A DNA stretch of 64,000 nt from an uncultured Candidatus Saccharibacteria bacterium (GTDB lineage Bacteria > Patescibacteriota > Minisyncoccia > Phycocordibacterales > UBA9973), in the NCBI GenBank assembly GCA_964520225.1, contig CAZFNV010000001.1, forward strand, positions 72,210 to 136,209. Direction: 5' to 3'. Below are positions 1 through 8,187 of the stretch, piece after piece (position 1 is the first letter of the stretch; each line of letters begins with the position of its first letter). The notes beneath the pieces are model-generated. The model saw only the letters and a program-made list of their open reading frames with translations, ran no database searches and was not told where the DNA came from. A program made the translations under genes and the position numbers.

Positions 1-1159
1 CAACTGTTTGTGCAGTGTTAGGTGAGATTGCTCCATTGGCACCTGCTGATGGGGTGACGGTGTATTGGTTGGTAGCACAAGTAGAACCATTCCAGGTGGT
101 GTTAGGCGCACAAGATGCAGCTACTTGCGATTGCGCGAGCTCAATACTATTGTTGTATAAAAAAAAGTAACGCCCACCATAGGGCACATTAACCAACTGA
201 TTACCAGACTGCGGAGTGGCAAGAGTATTAGTTACAGTTATATCCGTCATGCCACTAGCAGTAATTTTAGTAGGAGTTGCCTTAGTATTGGTTATACCCC
301 AAGCTAAAGTCACATTACAGGTGCTTGCTCCGGATGCGATTTGACAAGAAGTGGTAGCCGGAGTAAGAGTTCCCGTCATTAAAAGAAAGTTTGCCGTACA
401 AGACTTATTAGCATTCATCGTCACCGAGCCGTCAGTACAGTCAGCATCTCCACTCCAGCTCGAGAAAACAGAGTTTGAGGCTGGAGTTTGAGTTAGAGTG
501 ACTGAAGTGCCTCCATTATATGTGCCCGCAGGTCCTGCCGTACCAGAACCTGAACCGGCAGTTCCTACAGAAAGGGTGTAAGTTTTAGTTTCTGAACAAG
601 AAGCGTCACTTCCTCCGTTTGAGCCCGCGCATGTCCATGTCCAAGAAGAAGTACCGCTGGCGTTATTTGTACTAGTACCTGCGTTACAGTTGTAGTGTGT
701 AGCTGAACATGAGCCGTTCACTGGCCTTGCTTCTGAACAAGGGGCGTCACTTCCACCACCCTGTCCGTAACAAGTCCAGTACCACCAGTTTGGAGTTTGC
801 GAAGTATTGCCCGAAGTACCCGCATCACAGTTGTAGTGTGTAGCTGAACATGAACCGTTAGTTATTGTAGGTGGGGTAGTATCTTCGTCTTCGGGTATAC
901 AAACACACATTTCTGGATAAATTATTGAGTACCCCTCTTCCTGCTCAGCTCCTCCCCAAACACATGAAGCTATCTCGGTTCCACAATCACAAGTATACGT
1001 TGCAGGATTGTTGGGATAAAAATTTTCCCCATCATCATAGCCACCATTGGAACACTGTATGCTGTCTGCAGAGACCAAACTTGGAGCAAGGAGAAAACCG
1101 AAGACCGCAAAAAGTCCCATTAAAAACAAAAGCAAACTCCCGTGATATTTGATGGTCAT
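1..1159 (-). CDS. Secreted repeat protein, partial (C-terminal part runs off the window start). It has an N-terminal signal/TM segment, two tandem ~50-aa NGSCSATHYNC[DN]AGTS repeats, and a module resembling the divergent InlB B-repeat.
   Basis: The minus-strand reading frame is open from the ATG at 1159 to position 1 (hand translation MTIKYHGSLLLFLMGLFAVFGFLLAPSLVSADS...). The start overlaps the upstream stop by 4 nt (ATGA). The track omits it because there is no in-window stop. Confidence 0.6.
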   Translation of the reverse strand, partial: MTIKYHGSLLLFLMGLFAVFGFLLAPSLVSADSIQCSNGGYDDGENFYPNNPATYTCDCGTEIASCVWGGAEQEEGYSIIYPEMCVCIPEDEDTTPPTITNGSCSATHYNCDAGTSGNTSQTPNWWYWTCYGQGGGSDAPCSEARPVNGSCSATHYNCNAGTSTNNASGTSSWTWTCAGSNGGSDASCSETKTYTLSVGTAGSGSGTAGPAGTYNGGTSVTLTQTPASNSVFSSWSGDADCTDGSVTMNANKSCTANFLLMTGTLTPATTSCQIASGASTCNVTLAWGITNTKATPTKITASGMTDITVTNTLATPQSGNQLVNVPYGGRYFFLYNNSIELAQSQVAASCAPNTTWNGSTCATNQYTVTPSAGANGAISPNTAQTV

Positions 1160-1686
1160 TTTGTGTATATTTCTATTAAAATGCTAGTTTGACCTTCTGA
1201 CAATTGCGTAGCGTTGAAACGATATAAATAATCTGAACTTTCTGCTTCTATGAATCCAAAGTTATTGGCGCGACTCGCTTTTTTAATGTCAAACTGAGCA
1301 TTCGAGAGTTGCACCAGTAGCTTCTGGTGAAATTCCGACAACGGTTTTTGAACTTTGAGATCTACCGTAAACGCGTTTCTGTCTTTAGACTGTTTTATCT
1401 CAACATCATAAGCCTCAGGATCTAAGAACTTATTTATTTCATCAGGCAAACTATTTGAGTCTATGGCTCCGAAAGTCTCTTTGGGTAAATCAGGCAAAAT
1501 AGAGTCTTTAAGGAGGACAGCCTTTACTTGTTCAACCGTAGGGCTTTCTTGCTCTTGCTCCGGATCGTTTGTATAAGTATCTTTCTTCGTAAATACAAAA
1601 AGTATTACTCCAAGCGTAATTAATAAAACTACAATAAGCCCAAAATGAGAATTTTTTGACTCAGTGGTCAAGTTATCACCTTCCAT
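1156..1686 (-). CDS. Hypothetical membrane-anchored protein (single N-terminal TM)
   Basis: 176-aa ORF with a hydrophobic segment HFGLIVVLLITLGVILFVF; it is translationally coupled to the downstream gene. Confidence 0.5.
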   Translation of the reverse strand: MEGDNLTTESKNSHFGLIVVLLITLGVILFVFTKKDTYTNDPEQEQESPTVEQVKAVLLKDSILPDLPKETFGAIDSNSLPDEINKFLDPEAYDVEIKQSKDRNAFTVDLKVQKPLSEFHQKLLVQLSNAQFDIKKASRANNFGFIEAESSDYLYRFNATQLSEGQTSILIEIYTK

Positions 1687-1833
1687 ATTAGAAAATTATA
1701 CCACTTATATAAAAATATACACAAATAAAAAAGGTGTGGAAAAGTTTTTTGGCAACAAAAAAGGAGCCGAACGCTACTTTTTTACAAGTGGAACGTCCAG
1801 CTCCAGATGGAACTAAACAAGAACAAGGAGTGC

Positions 1834-1863
1834 GGGCGGAGGGGTTCTGTACCCCCTCCGCCC
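1834..1863 (-). terminator. Perfect 11-bp GC hairpin (GGGCGGAGGGG/CCCCTCCGCCC) 12 nt after the metallopeptidase stop codon, followed by a U-rich tract on the minus strand
   Basis: The inverted repeat was read directly from the sequence. Confidence 0.5.
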
Positions 1864-1874
1864 CCTGGGCCCGA

Positions 1875-2696
1875 CTACTGATGGTCGAAGGTCAGGGTAT
1901 ACGATCCCGCCCTCGACTGGAAGGACGTCATCCCGGGCGGGAGCGTGCCTTCCGCGAGACGGAACATCATCTCACGGTTATCGGCTTCAGCCTTGGAGAG
2001 GAGCTGATCCTGGGTCTTTCCCCAGACCCCAGACATCAACCCTCCAGGGTCGTTGCTGTGGCACAAGCCGATCACAGCGTGACCAAGTTCGTGCCGGAAG
2101 GACGAAACGTAAACCCCGTTGGGACCGAAACGAACCCTCCCACTGGTGATTAGGTTGTTGTCCACCTGAACCCAGGCAGACCCCCAGCCAGTGTAGGAAG
2201 GATCGCGGATCACGTTCACGACCCCTTGACCCTCAAGCTGACCGTAAACGAGCTCAAGGGGAACGTTAAGCTGAGCCCGAAACTCTGGACTCAAAGCGCG
2301 CTCCATGACTTCACGTTCTCCCGCCGAGAAATCCGGCGAGATAGCGATGGTCATCGGCCCCATTGGCTTCCGAAGAGGACGGACGCCCCCGTTCTCGCCA
2401 GCGCTGAGCACTCCCTTGCCACAGAACGAAAGCAGCATGGCAGTCTCGACGGAATTGGCGCCACGGATGCCCCAGAGGGGGAGCTCGCTCGGCGGGACGG
2501 AAAACAGCTCCGGCCCCACCGACACGAACTGGAACGACGAGGGCAGAGCCGCAGGCGTCGGGGTAACGGTCGACTGGGCGCCGACGACCTTGCCGGTCGT
2601 GGTGGTAGTCGTCGCCGACGGCGCGACGGGAGAGTCCCCGCCGCACGCCACGCTGATGGCCGCGAGAGCCACCAGTACGAACATCTTCTTCAACAT
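1875..2696 (-). CDS. Secreted zinc metallopeptidase lipoprotein (HELGHAVIGLCH, a metzincin-like HExxHxxxGxxH motif with an LMSG Met-turn-like segment). High-GC coding sequence that looks foreign.
   Basis: The internal start MLKKMFVLVALAAISVAC at 2696 has a lipobox and a strong SD (AAAGGAGGG) 8 nt upstream. GC3 is strongly G/C, unlike the neighbouring genes. Confidence 0.6.
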   Translation of the reverse strand: MLKKMFVLVALAAISVACGGDSPVAPSATTTTTTGKVVGAQSTVTPTPAALPSSFQFVSVGPELFSVPPSELPLWGIRGANSVETAMLLSFCGKGVLSAGENGGVRPLRKPMGPMTIAISPDFSAGEREVMERALSPEFRAQLNVPLELVYGQLEGQGVVNVIRDPSYTGWGSAWVQVDNNLITSGRVRFGPNGVYVSSFRHELGHAVIGLCHSNDPGGLMSGVWGKTQDQLLSKAEADNREMMFRLAEGTLPPGMTSFQSRAGSYTLTFDHQ

Positions 2697-2778
2697 AATG
2701 GCCCTCCTTTCAGGCCATGCTCGCGGTTGAGCCACGAGCGAACACAGAAAAATTGTGAGGTACGATGATTTCGAGATG

Positions 2779-2787
2779 ATTATACCA
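2779..2787 (-). promoter_or_regulatory. Extended -10 promoter (TGgTATAAT) ~75 nt upstream of the metallopeptidase start
   Basis: Reverse complement of ATTATACCA at 2779-2787. Confidence 0.4.
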
Positions 2788-2974
2788 CAAAACACCCCTT
2801 TTTTGCAAATTTTGTGCATAACTTTGTGGATAAGTCTGCTGGTTTGCAATTATATGTATGCTGTGATAGTATTCTAGGCGTAAGAGTCCTGCAGCAACGG
2901 GGCTTTTATTTTTTAGAAAATAAGGAGTGCAAACGACCATATTTTCTAAAACCCCGTTAAATGATTTCAAATTT

Positions 2975-3238
2975 ATGGGAAAATTTTATTACATATATGT
3001 GCTTAAATCCCAAAAAGATGGCGCACTGTATGTGGGTTACACCGACAATTTGAAATCGCGATTTGAGCAACATTCGAAAGGACGTGTTACTTCGACAAAA
3101 AATCGCAGGCCGCTCGAACTAGTGTACTCTGAAGCTTGTTTAAGTAAACCCGATGCAACACATCGTGAGAGATATTTAAAAACAGCTTGGGGTAAAAAGT
3201 TTTTGAAGAATCGGCTCAAATCTTATTTAATGGGGTAA
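2975..3238 (+). CDS. Small stand-alone GIY-YIG nuclease domain protein (YhbQ-like)
   Basis: FYYIYVLKS..DGALYVGYTDNLKSRFEQH...ERYLK (GIY-YIG motifs). The start is taken at the internal ATG at 2975. Confidence 0.65.
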   Translation: MGKFYYIYVLKSQKDGALYVGYTDNLKSRFEQHSKGRVTSTKNRRPLELVYSEACLSKPDATHRERYLKTAWGKKFLKNRLKSYLMG

Positions 3239-3325
3239 TATTAAAAAATTTAATAGCGAGCAAGAGGTTAGTAAAATACCCCAATGAAATGCTCAAGCCT
3301 TGCTTGAGCCAAAAATTTCACGGGG

Positions 3326-3365
3326 TGACGATTTTAATAATCGCTTCGCTCATTTAAAATCGTCA
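3326..3365. promoter_or_regulatory. 12-bp perfect inverted repeat (TGACGATTTTAA/TTAAAATCGTCA) whose right arm ends in the A of the nusA ATG
   Basis: Seen directly in the sequence; 16-nt spacer. Confidence 0.4.
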
Positions 3366-4510
3366 TGTTAGATCTAAAAACATTCAAATCCGCGCTAGAA
3401 CAACTAGAAGAAGAGCGCAAAATTCCAAAAGAAAAAATTCTCGACGCCATTGAGCAGGCTATGGCTGCCGCGTATAAGAAAGATTACGGCAAGAAGGGTC
3501 AGATAATTCGCGCCAAGTTCGACCTCGAAACTGGTAAAACTGATTTTTATCAAATCAAGATAGTGGTAGATGAAAGCATCGCCATACTCGACGACAGCGA
3601 GGAGCCAGCAGATAGCGATGAGCGTGTGTACTTCAACAGCGAGCACCACATCCTGCTCGCAGATGCGAAGAAGATAAAGAGCGATGCCGAGCTTAATGAT
3701 GAGATAGTTTTCCCTCTCGAGGCGAAAGATGACTACGGTCGCATAGCTGCCCAAACAGCCAAGCAAGTTATAATCCAGAAAATCCGCGAAGCAGAACGCA
3801 CCTCTATTATGGACGAATACGGCGGTCGCGAAGGCGAGGTTATCTCTGGCGTAGTTCAGAAGATAGAGAGAGGCAATGTGTACGTAGACTTCAGCCGTGC
3901 TACTGGTATCTTGCCCGCAGAAGAGCAGATCCCAGGGGAGTATCTAGAGCAAGGTCAGCGCCTACGTGCATATCTCTACTCAGTAGAGGACGGTCCACGT
4001 GGTATCAACCTTCGCCTATCCCGCACCCATCCTAAATTTATTGAAAAACTCTTTGCAGCTGAAGCGCCCGAGATAGAAGACGGCACTGTAGAGATAAAAT
4101 CTGTAGCTCGCGAAGCTGGCGCACGATCCAAGATAGCCGTACATTCTAGCGATGAACATATCGACGCAGTCGGATCTTGTGTGGGACAAAAAGGAACTCG
4201 GGTAAATACTATCACCAGCGAGCTTCACGGCGAGAAAATCGACATAATCCCTTGGTCCGAAGATCCGAAAGTTTTCGTCGGCAACGCTCTTTCTCCTGCA
4301 AAAATAATTTCTATTGAAATAGATGAGGCAGAACACCGAGCTATCGTAGAAGTAGCCGAGGATCAACTGTCACTCGCCATCGGTAAAGGCGGGCAAAACG
4401 TGCGCCTAGCGGCCAAGCTCACTGGCTGGAAAATAGACATCAAGAGCAATAAATCTGGAGAGGAAACAGAAGAACAGGAAAGCGCAGAAGAAACAACTGA
4501 AGAGAAATAA
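3365..4510 (+). CDS. nusA: Transcription termination/antitermination factor NusA
   Basis: N-terminal domain, S1 and tandem KH regions (GKGGQNVRLAAKLTGWKIDIKS) are recognisable across the full length. Confidence 0.9.
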   Translation: MLDLKTFKSALEQLEEERKIPKEKILDAIEQAMAAAYKKDYGKKGQIIRAKFDLETGKTDFYQIKIVVDESIAILDDSEEPADSDERVYFNSEHHILLADAKKIKSDAELNDEIVFPLEAKDDYGRIAAQTAKQVIIQKIREAERTSIMDEYGGREGEVISGVVQKIERGNVYVDFSRATGILPAEEQIPGEYLEQGQRLRAYLYSVEDGPRGINLRLSRTHPKFIEKLFAAEAPEIEDGTVEIKSVAREAGARSKIAVHSSDEHIDAVGSCVGQKGTRVNTITSELHGEKIDIIPWSEDPKVFVGNALSPAKIISIEIDEAEHRAIVEVAEDQLSLAIGKGGQNVRLAAKLTGWKIDIKSNKSGEETEEQESAEETTEEK

Positions 4511-4572
4511 ACCTTCAATACTCGATTTAAATCCTGGCTTGAAAAAGCCAGGAAAAAGAATATACTTGTGAT

Positions 4573-5160
4573 ATGGCAAACATAAATCACAAACCATCCA
4601 AGTACATGCTGAATTTACTGCATGTTTTACCTCCATTCGTGGATGAAAAGAAAGGTGTAATAAATACAATCGTTGAGATAAACGCTGGTAGTATTAATAA
4701 GTACGAAACCATCACAGAATCTGGCCAGCTCAAGCTAGACCGAGTCGGATATTCTTCACTGGCATATCCGTTCGCATATGGTGCCATCCCGCAGACATGG
4801 GACTACGATGGCGATCCGCTAGATGTGGAGATAGTAAACGTCATCGAACCCCTCGTTCCGGGATGTCTGGTCGAGGCAAGAATAATCGGAGTCATGAAAT
4901 TCGAAGACAGTGGTGAAGTTGATGATAAAATAATTGCCGTACTCTCCGACGACAAGAGGAGTGACCATATTCAGTCTATTGAAGACTTAAGCGAACAGTT
5001 TAAAAAAGAAACAACCTACTTCTGGGAACATATCAAGTTTCTAAAGAAGCCAGGCACCGGTGTAACAAAAGGATTCTTTGATAAAAACGAAGCCCTAAGG
5101 GTTGTCAAAGAATGCGAGGAACGATACAAAGAACTCTATTCGCCCAAATTGAGTGAGTAG
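4573..5160 (+). CDS. ppa: Inorganic pyrophosphatase (family I)
   Basis: EINAGSINKYE...YPFAYGAIPQTWDYDGDPLDV motifs. The promoter is leaderless (TTGAAA-16-TATACT, then 6 nt to the ATG). Confidence 0.85.
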   Translation: MANINHKPSKYMLNLLHVLPPFVDEKKGVINTIVEINAGSINKYETITESGQLKLDRVGYSSLAYPFAYGAIPQTWDYDGDPLDVEIVNVIEPLVPGCLVEARIIGVMKFEDSGEVDDKIIAVLSDDKRSDHIQSIEDLSEQFKKETTYFWEHIKFLKKPGTGVTKGFFDKNEALRVVKECEERYKELYSPKLSE

Positions 5161-5202
5161 ATTTGAATTTTATTAGCTTATTAGTATTAATAAATAAAAA
5201 TT

Positions 5203-5901
5203 ATGAAAAAATATTTTGGTTTACTAATGGTTCTGGGTTTACTACTAGGCGGAAGCGTGGTAAAAGCCGAAGAAGATTTTGTGGCTTGCACCATGGACGC
5301 AAAACAGTGCCCTGACGGCTCTTTCGTAGGACGCCAAGGCCCTAGGTGTGAATTCGCTCCATGCCCTGGAGTTGCCGAAAAACGCGAAGCAGTGAGAGAA
5401 GGGTTTGCGAAAAAAAGAGAGGTAATGAAAACCGAAATGGAAAAAAGGCGTGAAGAGTTTATGAAAGAAGTGCAGGCCAAGAAAGAGGCTTTCCGCAACG
5501 CTGACAGCAAAGCAAAAACTGGCTTTTGCCAAGCCGCACGAGCAATGACCGAACAAAGATTCGAGTCTGCTACCACTAACCTGGACAAACTATACACTAG
5601 GATTACAAACGTAGTCGCAAAGTTTGAGGCTGATGGTAAAGATACCTCTACAGCAGAAGCATCTCTCGACAGCGCATCTGTGAAAATCAATGAGGCTAAA
5701 GACAAGACTGAAGAAATTAAAACCTTCATACCAGAATCCTGTGAAGAAGTAACTCCGGAGATTTTCGAACAGGTGAAAATTCTAGCCCGTGAAGCAAAAG
5801 ATCTATTGCAAGAAGCAAGGAGCTATTTGCGAGAAGCTGTGTCAGCACTCAAAGTATTGCGTGAAGATAGCGATAGCGCGACCGAAACAGATCAAAATTA
5901 A
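5203..5901 (+). CDS. Secreted Lys/Glu-rich coiled-coil protein, hypothetical
   Basis: Signal peptide MKKYFGLLMVLGLLLGGSVVKA; no recognisable motif. Confidence 0.5.
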   Translation: MKKYFGLLMVLGLLLGGSVVKAEEDFVACTMDAKQCPDGSFVGRQGPRCEFAPCPGVAEKREAVREGFAKKREVMKTEMEKRREEFMKEVQAKKEAFRNADSKAKTGFCQAARAMTEQRFESATTNLDKLYTRITNVVAKFEADGKDTSTAEASLDSASVKINEAKDKTEEIKTFIPESCEEVTPEIFEQVKILAREAKDLLQEARSYLREAVSALKVLREDSDSATETDQN

Positions 5902-5961
5902 TTAAGCCTTTGTTTTTAATTTAGATAAAGGTTACGACATTGAGTAATTAACTAAAAAACT

Positions 5962-6183
5962 ATGGAATCAGATCAAAAATCAAATGGTGCTTTCGTGAGT
6001 TCAATAATTATCATCATCATACTCATCGTCGGAGGTATATATCTTTTCAAGAAAACGCCAGCAAACGCTCCTACTCCTCAAAATGGCACTGAGGCTCTAC
6101 TCGAGTCAGACCTAAACTCTACCGCCGACCTAGAAGCTGAACTAGAAGGCATAGATTTAGAGAACTTGGATTCAGAAATATAA
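5962..6183 (+). CDS. Small membrane protein, hypothetical
   Basis: 73 aa with a single TM (IIIIIILIVGGIYLF); a terminator follows. Confidence 0.4.
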   Translation: MESDQKSNGAFVSSIIIIIILIVGGIYLFKKTPANAPTPQNGTEALLESDLNSTADLEAELEGIDLENLDSEI

Positions 6184-6207
6184 ACAAGATTCAATCTCAA
6201 AAATAAA

Positions 6208-6239
6208 ATCCCCGCCCATAGTAGCGGGGATTTTATTTT
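6208..6239 (+). terminator. Rho-independent terminator (ATCCCCGC / GCGGGGAT stem followed by TTTTATTTT)
   Basis: Seen in sequence. Confidence 0.7.
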
Positions 6240-6272
6240 GACAAAATCAACTTACGAATATAAGATAATGAA
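6238..6272 (+). promoter_or_regulatory. Leaderless promoter for tig: TTGACA-17-TAAGAT, then 6 nt to the ATG
   Basis: Seen in sequence. Confidence 0.45.
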
Positions 6273-7328
6273 ATGTCAAAAACTAAAGTCACAAAGTTAC
6301 CAAAAAGCGAAGTGGAGATAGAGGGCGAGCTTGCCGAAAACATATTTGAAGCGTATTTCCCTTTGGCGCTCAAGAGAATATTTGAGGACTTAGAGATAGA
6401 TGGCTTCCGCAAAGGCAAAGCACCGGAACATGTAGTACTTTCTAGGGTTCCTGAAAAAGTTATCTTGGAAGAAATGGCAGAAATGGCTCTACGGGAACAC
6501 TATCCAAAAATTCTCGAAGATGAAAAGATCGACGCTATAAGTCAGCCGGAAATTGCGATAACCAAGCTCGCCCGCAAGAACCCGCTCGGTTTTAAAATCA
6601 AGACTGCAGTTTTACCTGAAGTGAAATTGCCTGACTACAAAGCTCTAGCTAAAAAAATTCTTTCTTCCTTATCGGATAAGGACAAGGACACTTCCGTTAG
6701 TGATGAGGAAGTCGAAAACACAATACTCGACATCCGAAAATCTCGCGCACCGAAGAAGCATGTAACCGAAGGCGCAGAAGAAAAAGAGCTAGAAGGCAAA
6801 GAAGAACTGCCAGAGTGGAATGATGAGTTCGTAAAAGGGCTTGGACCTTTCGACAGTGTGGAAGATTTCAAAACCAAGCTCAAAGAAAATCTAAAAATAG
6901 AAAAAGCCAATCTCCAGAAAGAAAAAACTCGCATCAAAATAATAGAGGGTGTCATTGAGGACTCTGAGCTTGAAGTACCCGACATTCTGGTCGAGCTTGA
7001 ACTCAATAAAATTCTGGCTCGAATGGAGTCGGACATTACCCAAATGGGACTCAAGTTTGAAGACTATCTAAAACATTTGAACAAAACTGCGGAAGACTTG
7101 CGTAAAGAATTTCGCAAAGATGGCGAGAAGAAAGCCAAACTCGCCCTCATACTAAATGCAATAGCTAAAGCTGAGAAAATTGTTGCCGACCAGGCTAAAG
7201 TTGAACAAGAAGTGGAACAAATACTCGCTCACTACAAAGACGCTGACCCTGACCGCGCTCGTGCCCATGTGGAAGAAGTGCTCACTAACGAGCTCATATT
7301 TGCGTTACTCGAGAAAGACTCTGCTTAA
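6273..7328 (+). CDS. tig: Trigger factor, short form (the PPIase region appears reduced)
   Basis: Trigger-factor N-terminal signature GFRKGKAP; it lies next to clpP as in the tig-clpP arrangement. Confidence 0.8.
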   Translation: MSKTKVTKLPKSEVEIEGELAENIFEAYFPLALKRIFEDLEIDGFRKGKAPEHVVLSRVPEKVILEEMAEMALREHYPKILEDEKIDAISQPEIAITKLARKNPLGFKIKTAVLPEVKLPDYKALAKKILSSLSDKDKDTSVSDEEVENTILDIRKSRAPKKHVTEGAEEKELEGKEELPEWNDEFVKGLGPFDSVEDFKTKLKENLKIEKANLQKEKTRIKIIEGVIEDSELEVPDILVELELNKILARMESDITQMGLKFEDYLKHLNKTAEDLRKEFRKDGEKKAKLALILNAIAKAEKIVADQAKVEQEVEQILAHYKDADPDRARAHVEEVLTNELIFALLEKDSA

Positions 7329-7369
7329 GAACGACTTGAAAAATCGTTCAATATAAATATAATACTCGT

Positions 7370-7975
7370 ATGCTTATACCTACAGTGATAGAGAAAAGTC
7401 AGTTTGGTGAACGGGCGTATGATATATATTCTCGCCTTTTGCGCGAGCGGATAATATTTCTCGGTGGGCCGATAGACGACCACACTGCGAACATCGTCAT
7501 TGCCCAGTTGCTTTTCCTGGAATCTGAAGATCCTAAGAAAGATATATTTTTGTATGTGAACTCCCCTGGCGGTTCAGTGACCTCGACCATGGCTATTGTG
7601 GACACCATGAACCACGTACGCCCAGATGTAGCGACTTTCTGTGTTGGGCTCGCAGCTTCCGGCGGAGCGATAATCCTCTCTTCTGGTAAAAAGGGCAAGC
7701 GCTACATCCTACCAAACGCAGAAGTTATGATTCACCAACCACTCGGCGGTGTAGAGGGCCAAGCTACCGACATTGCAATATCGGCAAAGCATATTTTGAA
7801 AACTCGAGATAATTTAAATAAATTGCTAGCAAAAAATACAGGCAAATCCTTAACCCAAATCGAAAAAGACGTAGAACGCGACTTCTTTATGGACGCTGAA
7901 GAGGCTAAAAAGTACGGCCTGGTGGACGAAATAGTCACCAAATCTAAGAATAAACTCGAGAAATCCGCTGAGTAG
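7370..7975 (+). CDS. clpP: ATP-dependent Clp protease proteolytic subunit
   Basis: [10 protein letters not shown]...[10 protein letters not shown]...MIHQPLGG catalytic Ser and His contexts. Leaderless TTGAAA-16-TATAAT promoter. Confidence 0.9.
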   Translation: MLIPTVIEKSQFGERAYDIYSRLLRERIIFLGGPIDDHTANIVIAQLLFLESEDPKKDIFLYVNSPGGSVTSTMAIVDTMNHVRPDVATFCVGLAASGGAIILSSGKKGKRYILPNAEVMIHQPLGGVEGQATDIAISAKHILKTRDNLNKLLAKNTGKSLTQIEKDVERDFFMDAEEAKKYGLVDEIVTKSKNKLEKSAE

Positions 7976-8164
7976 ACAAAATCAAAATCATTTGTTATAC
8001 TAAAATTGTTGAAACAATTATTTGATTTAATCGTGCCAGTCTTAAGAGAACATACCTTATATTTATGAATTCTATCAGGGAAAATATGAAGAGGAGTATT
8101 GCAAATTTCGCTAGGGTCTTCGTCTTTCTGAAAACAAAGTCACAAATATAGTTGTGTGTGCTCT

Positions 8165-8187
8165 CATAAGCTGGAAGTAAGCTTATG
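8165..8187. promoter_or_regulatory. 8-bp inverted repeat CATAAGCT/AGCTTATG whose right arm contains the rny ATG
   Basis: Seen in sequence. Confidence 0.35.

Noticed and set aside
1734-2768. Plus-strand ORFs 1734-2153, 2226-2768 and 2305-2730, and the minus-strand ORF 2311-2646
   Set aside because: They are alternative-frame or antisense artefacts of the GC-rich metallopeptidase gene, which has an SD, a promoter, a lipobox and a terminator.
5187-5729. Minus-strand ORFs antisense to confirmed genes (5187-5729, 31427-31750, 33040-33651, 53351-53632 and similar)
   Set aside because: They are embedded in and antisense to better-supported coding regions, and have no start signals.
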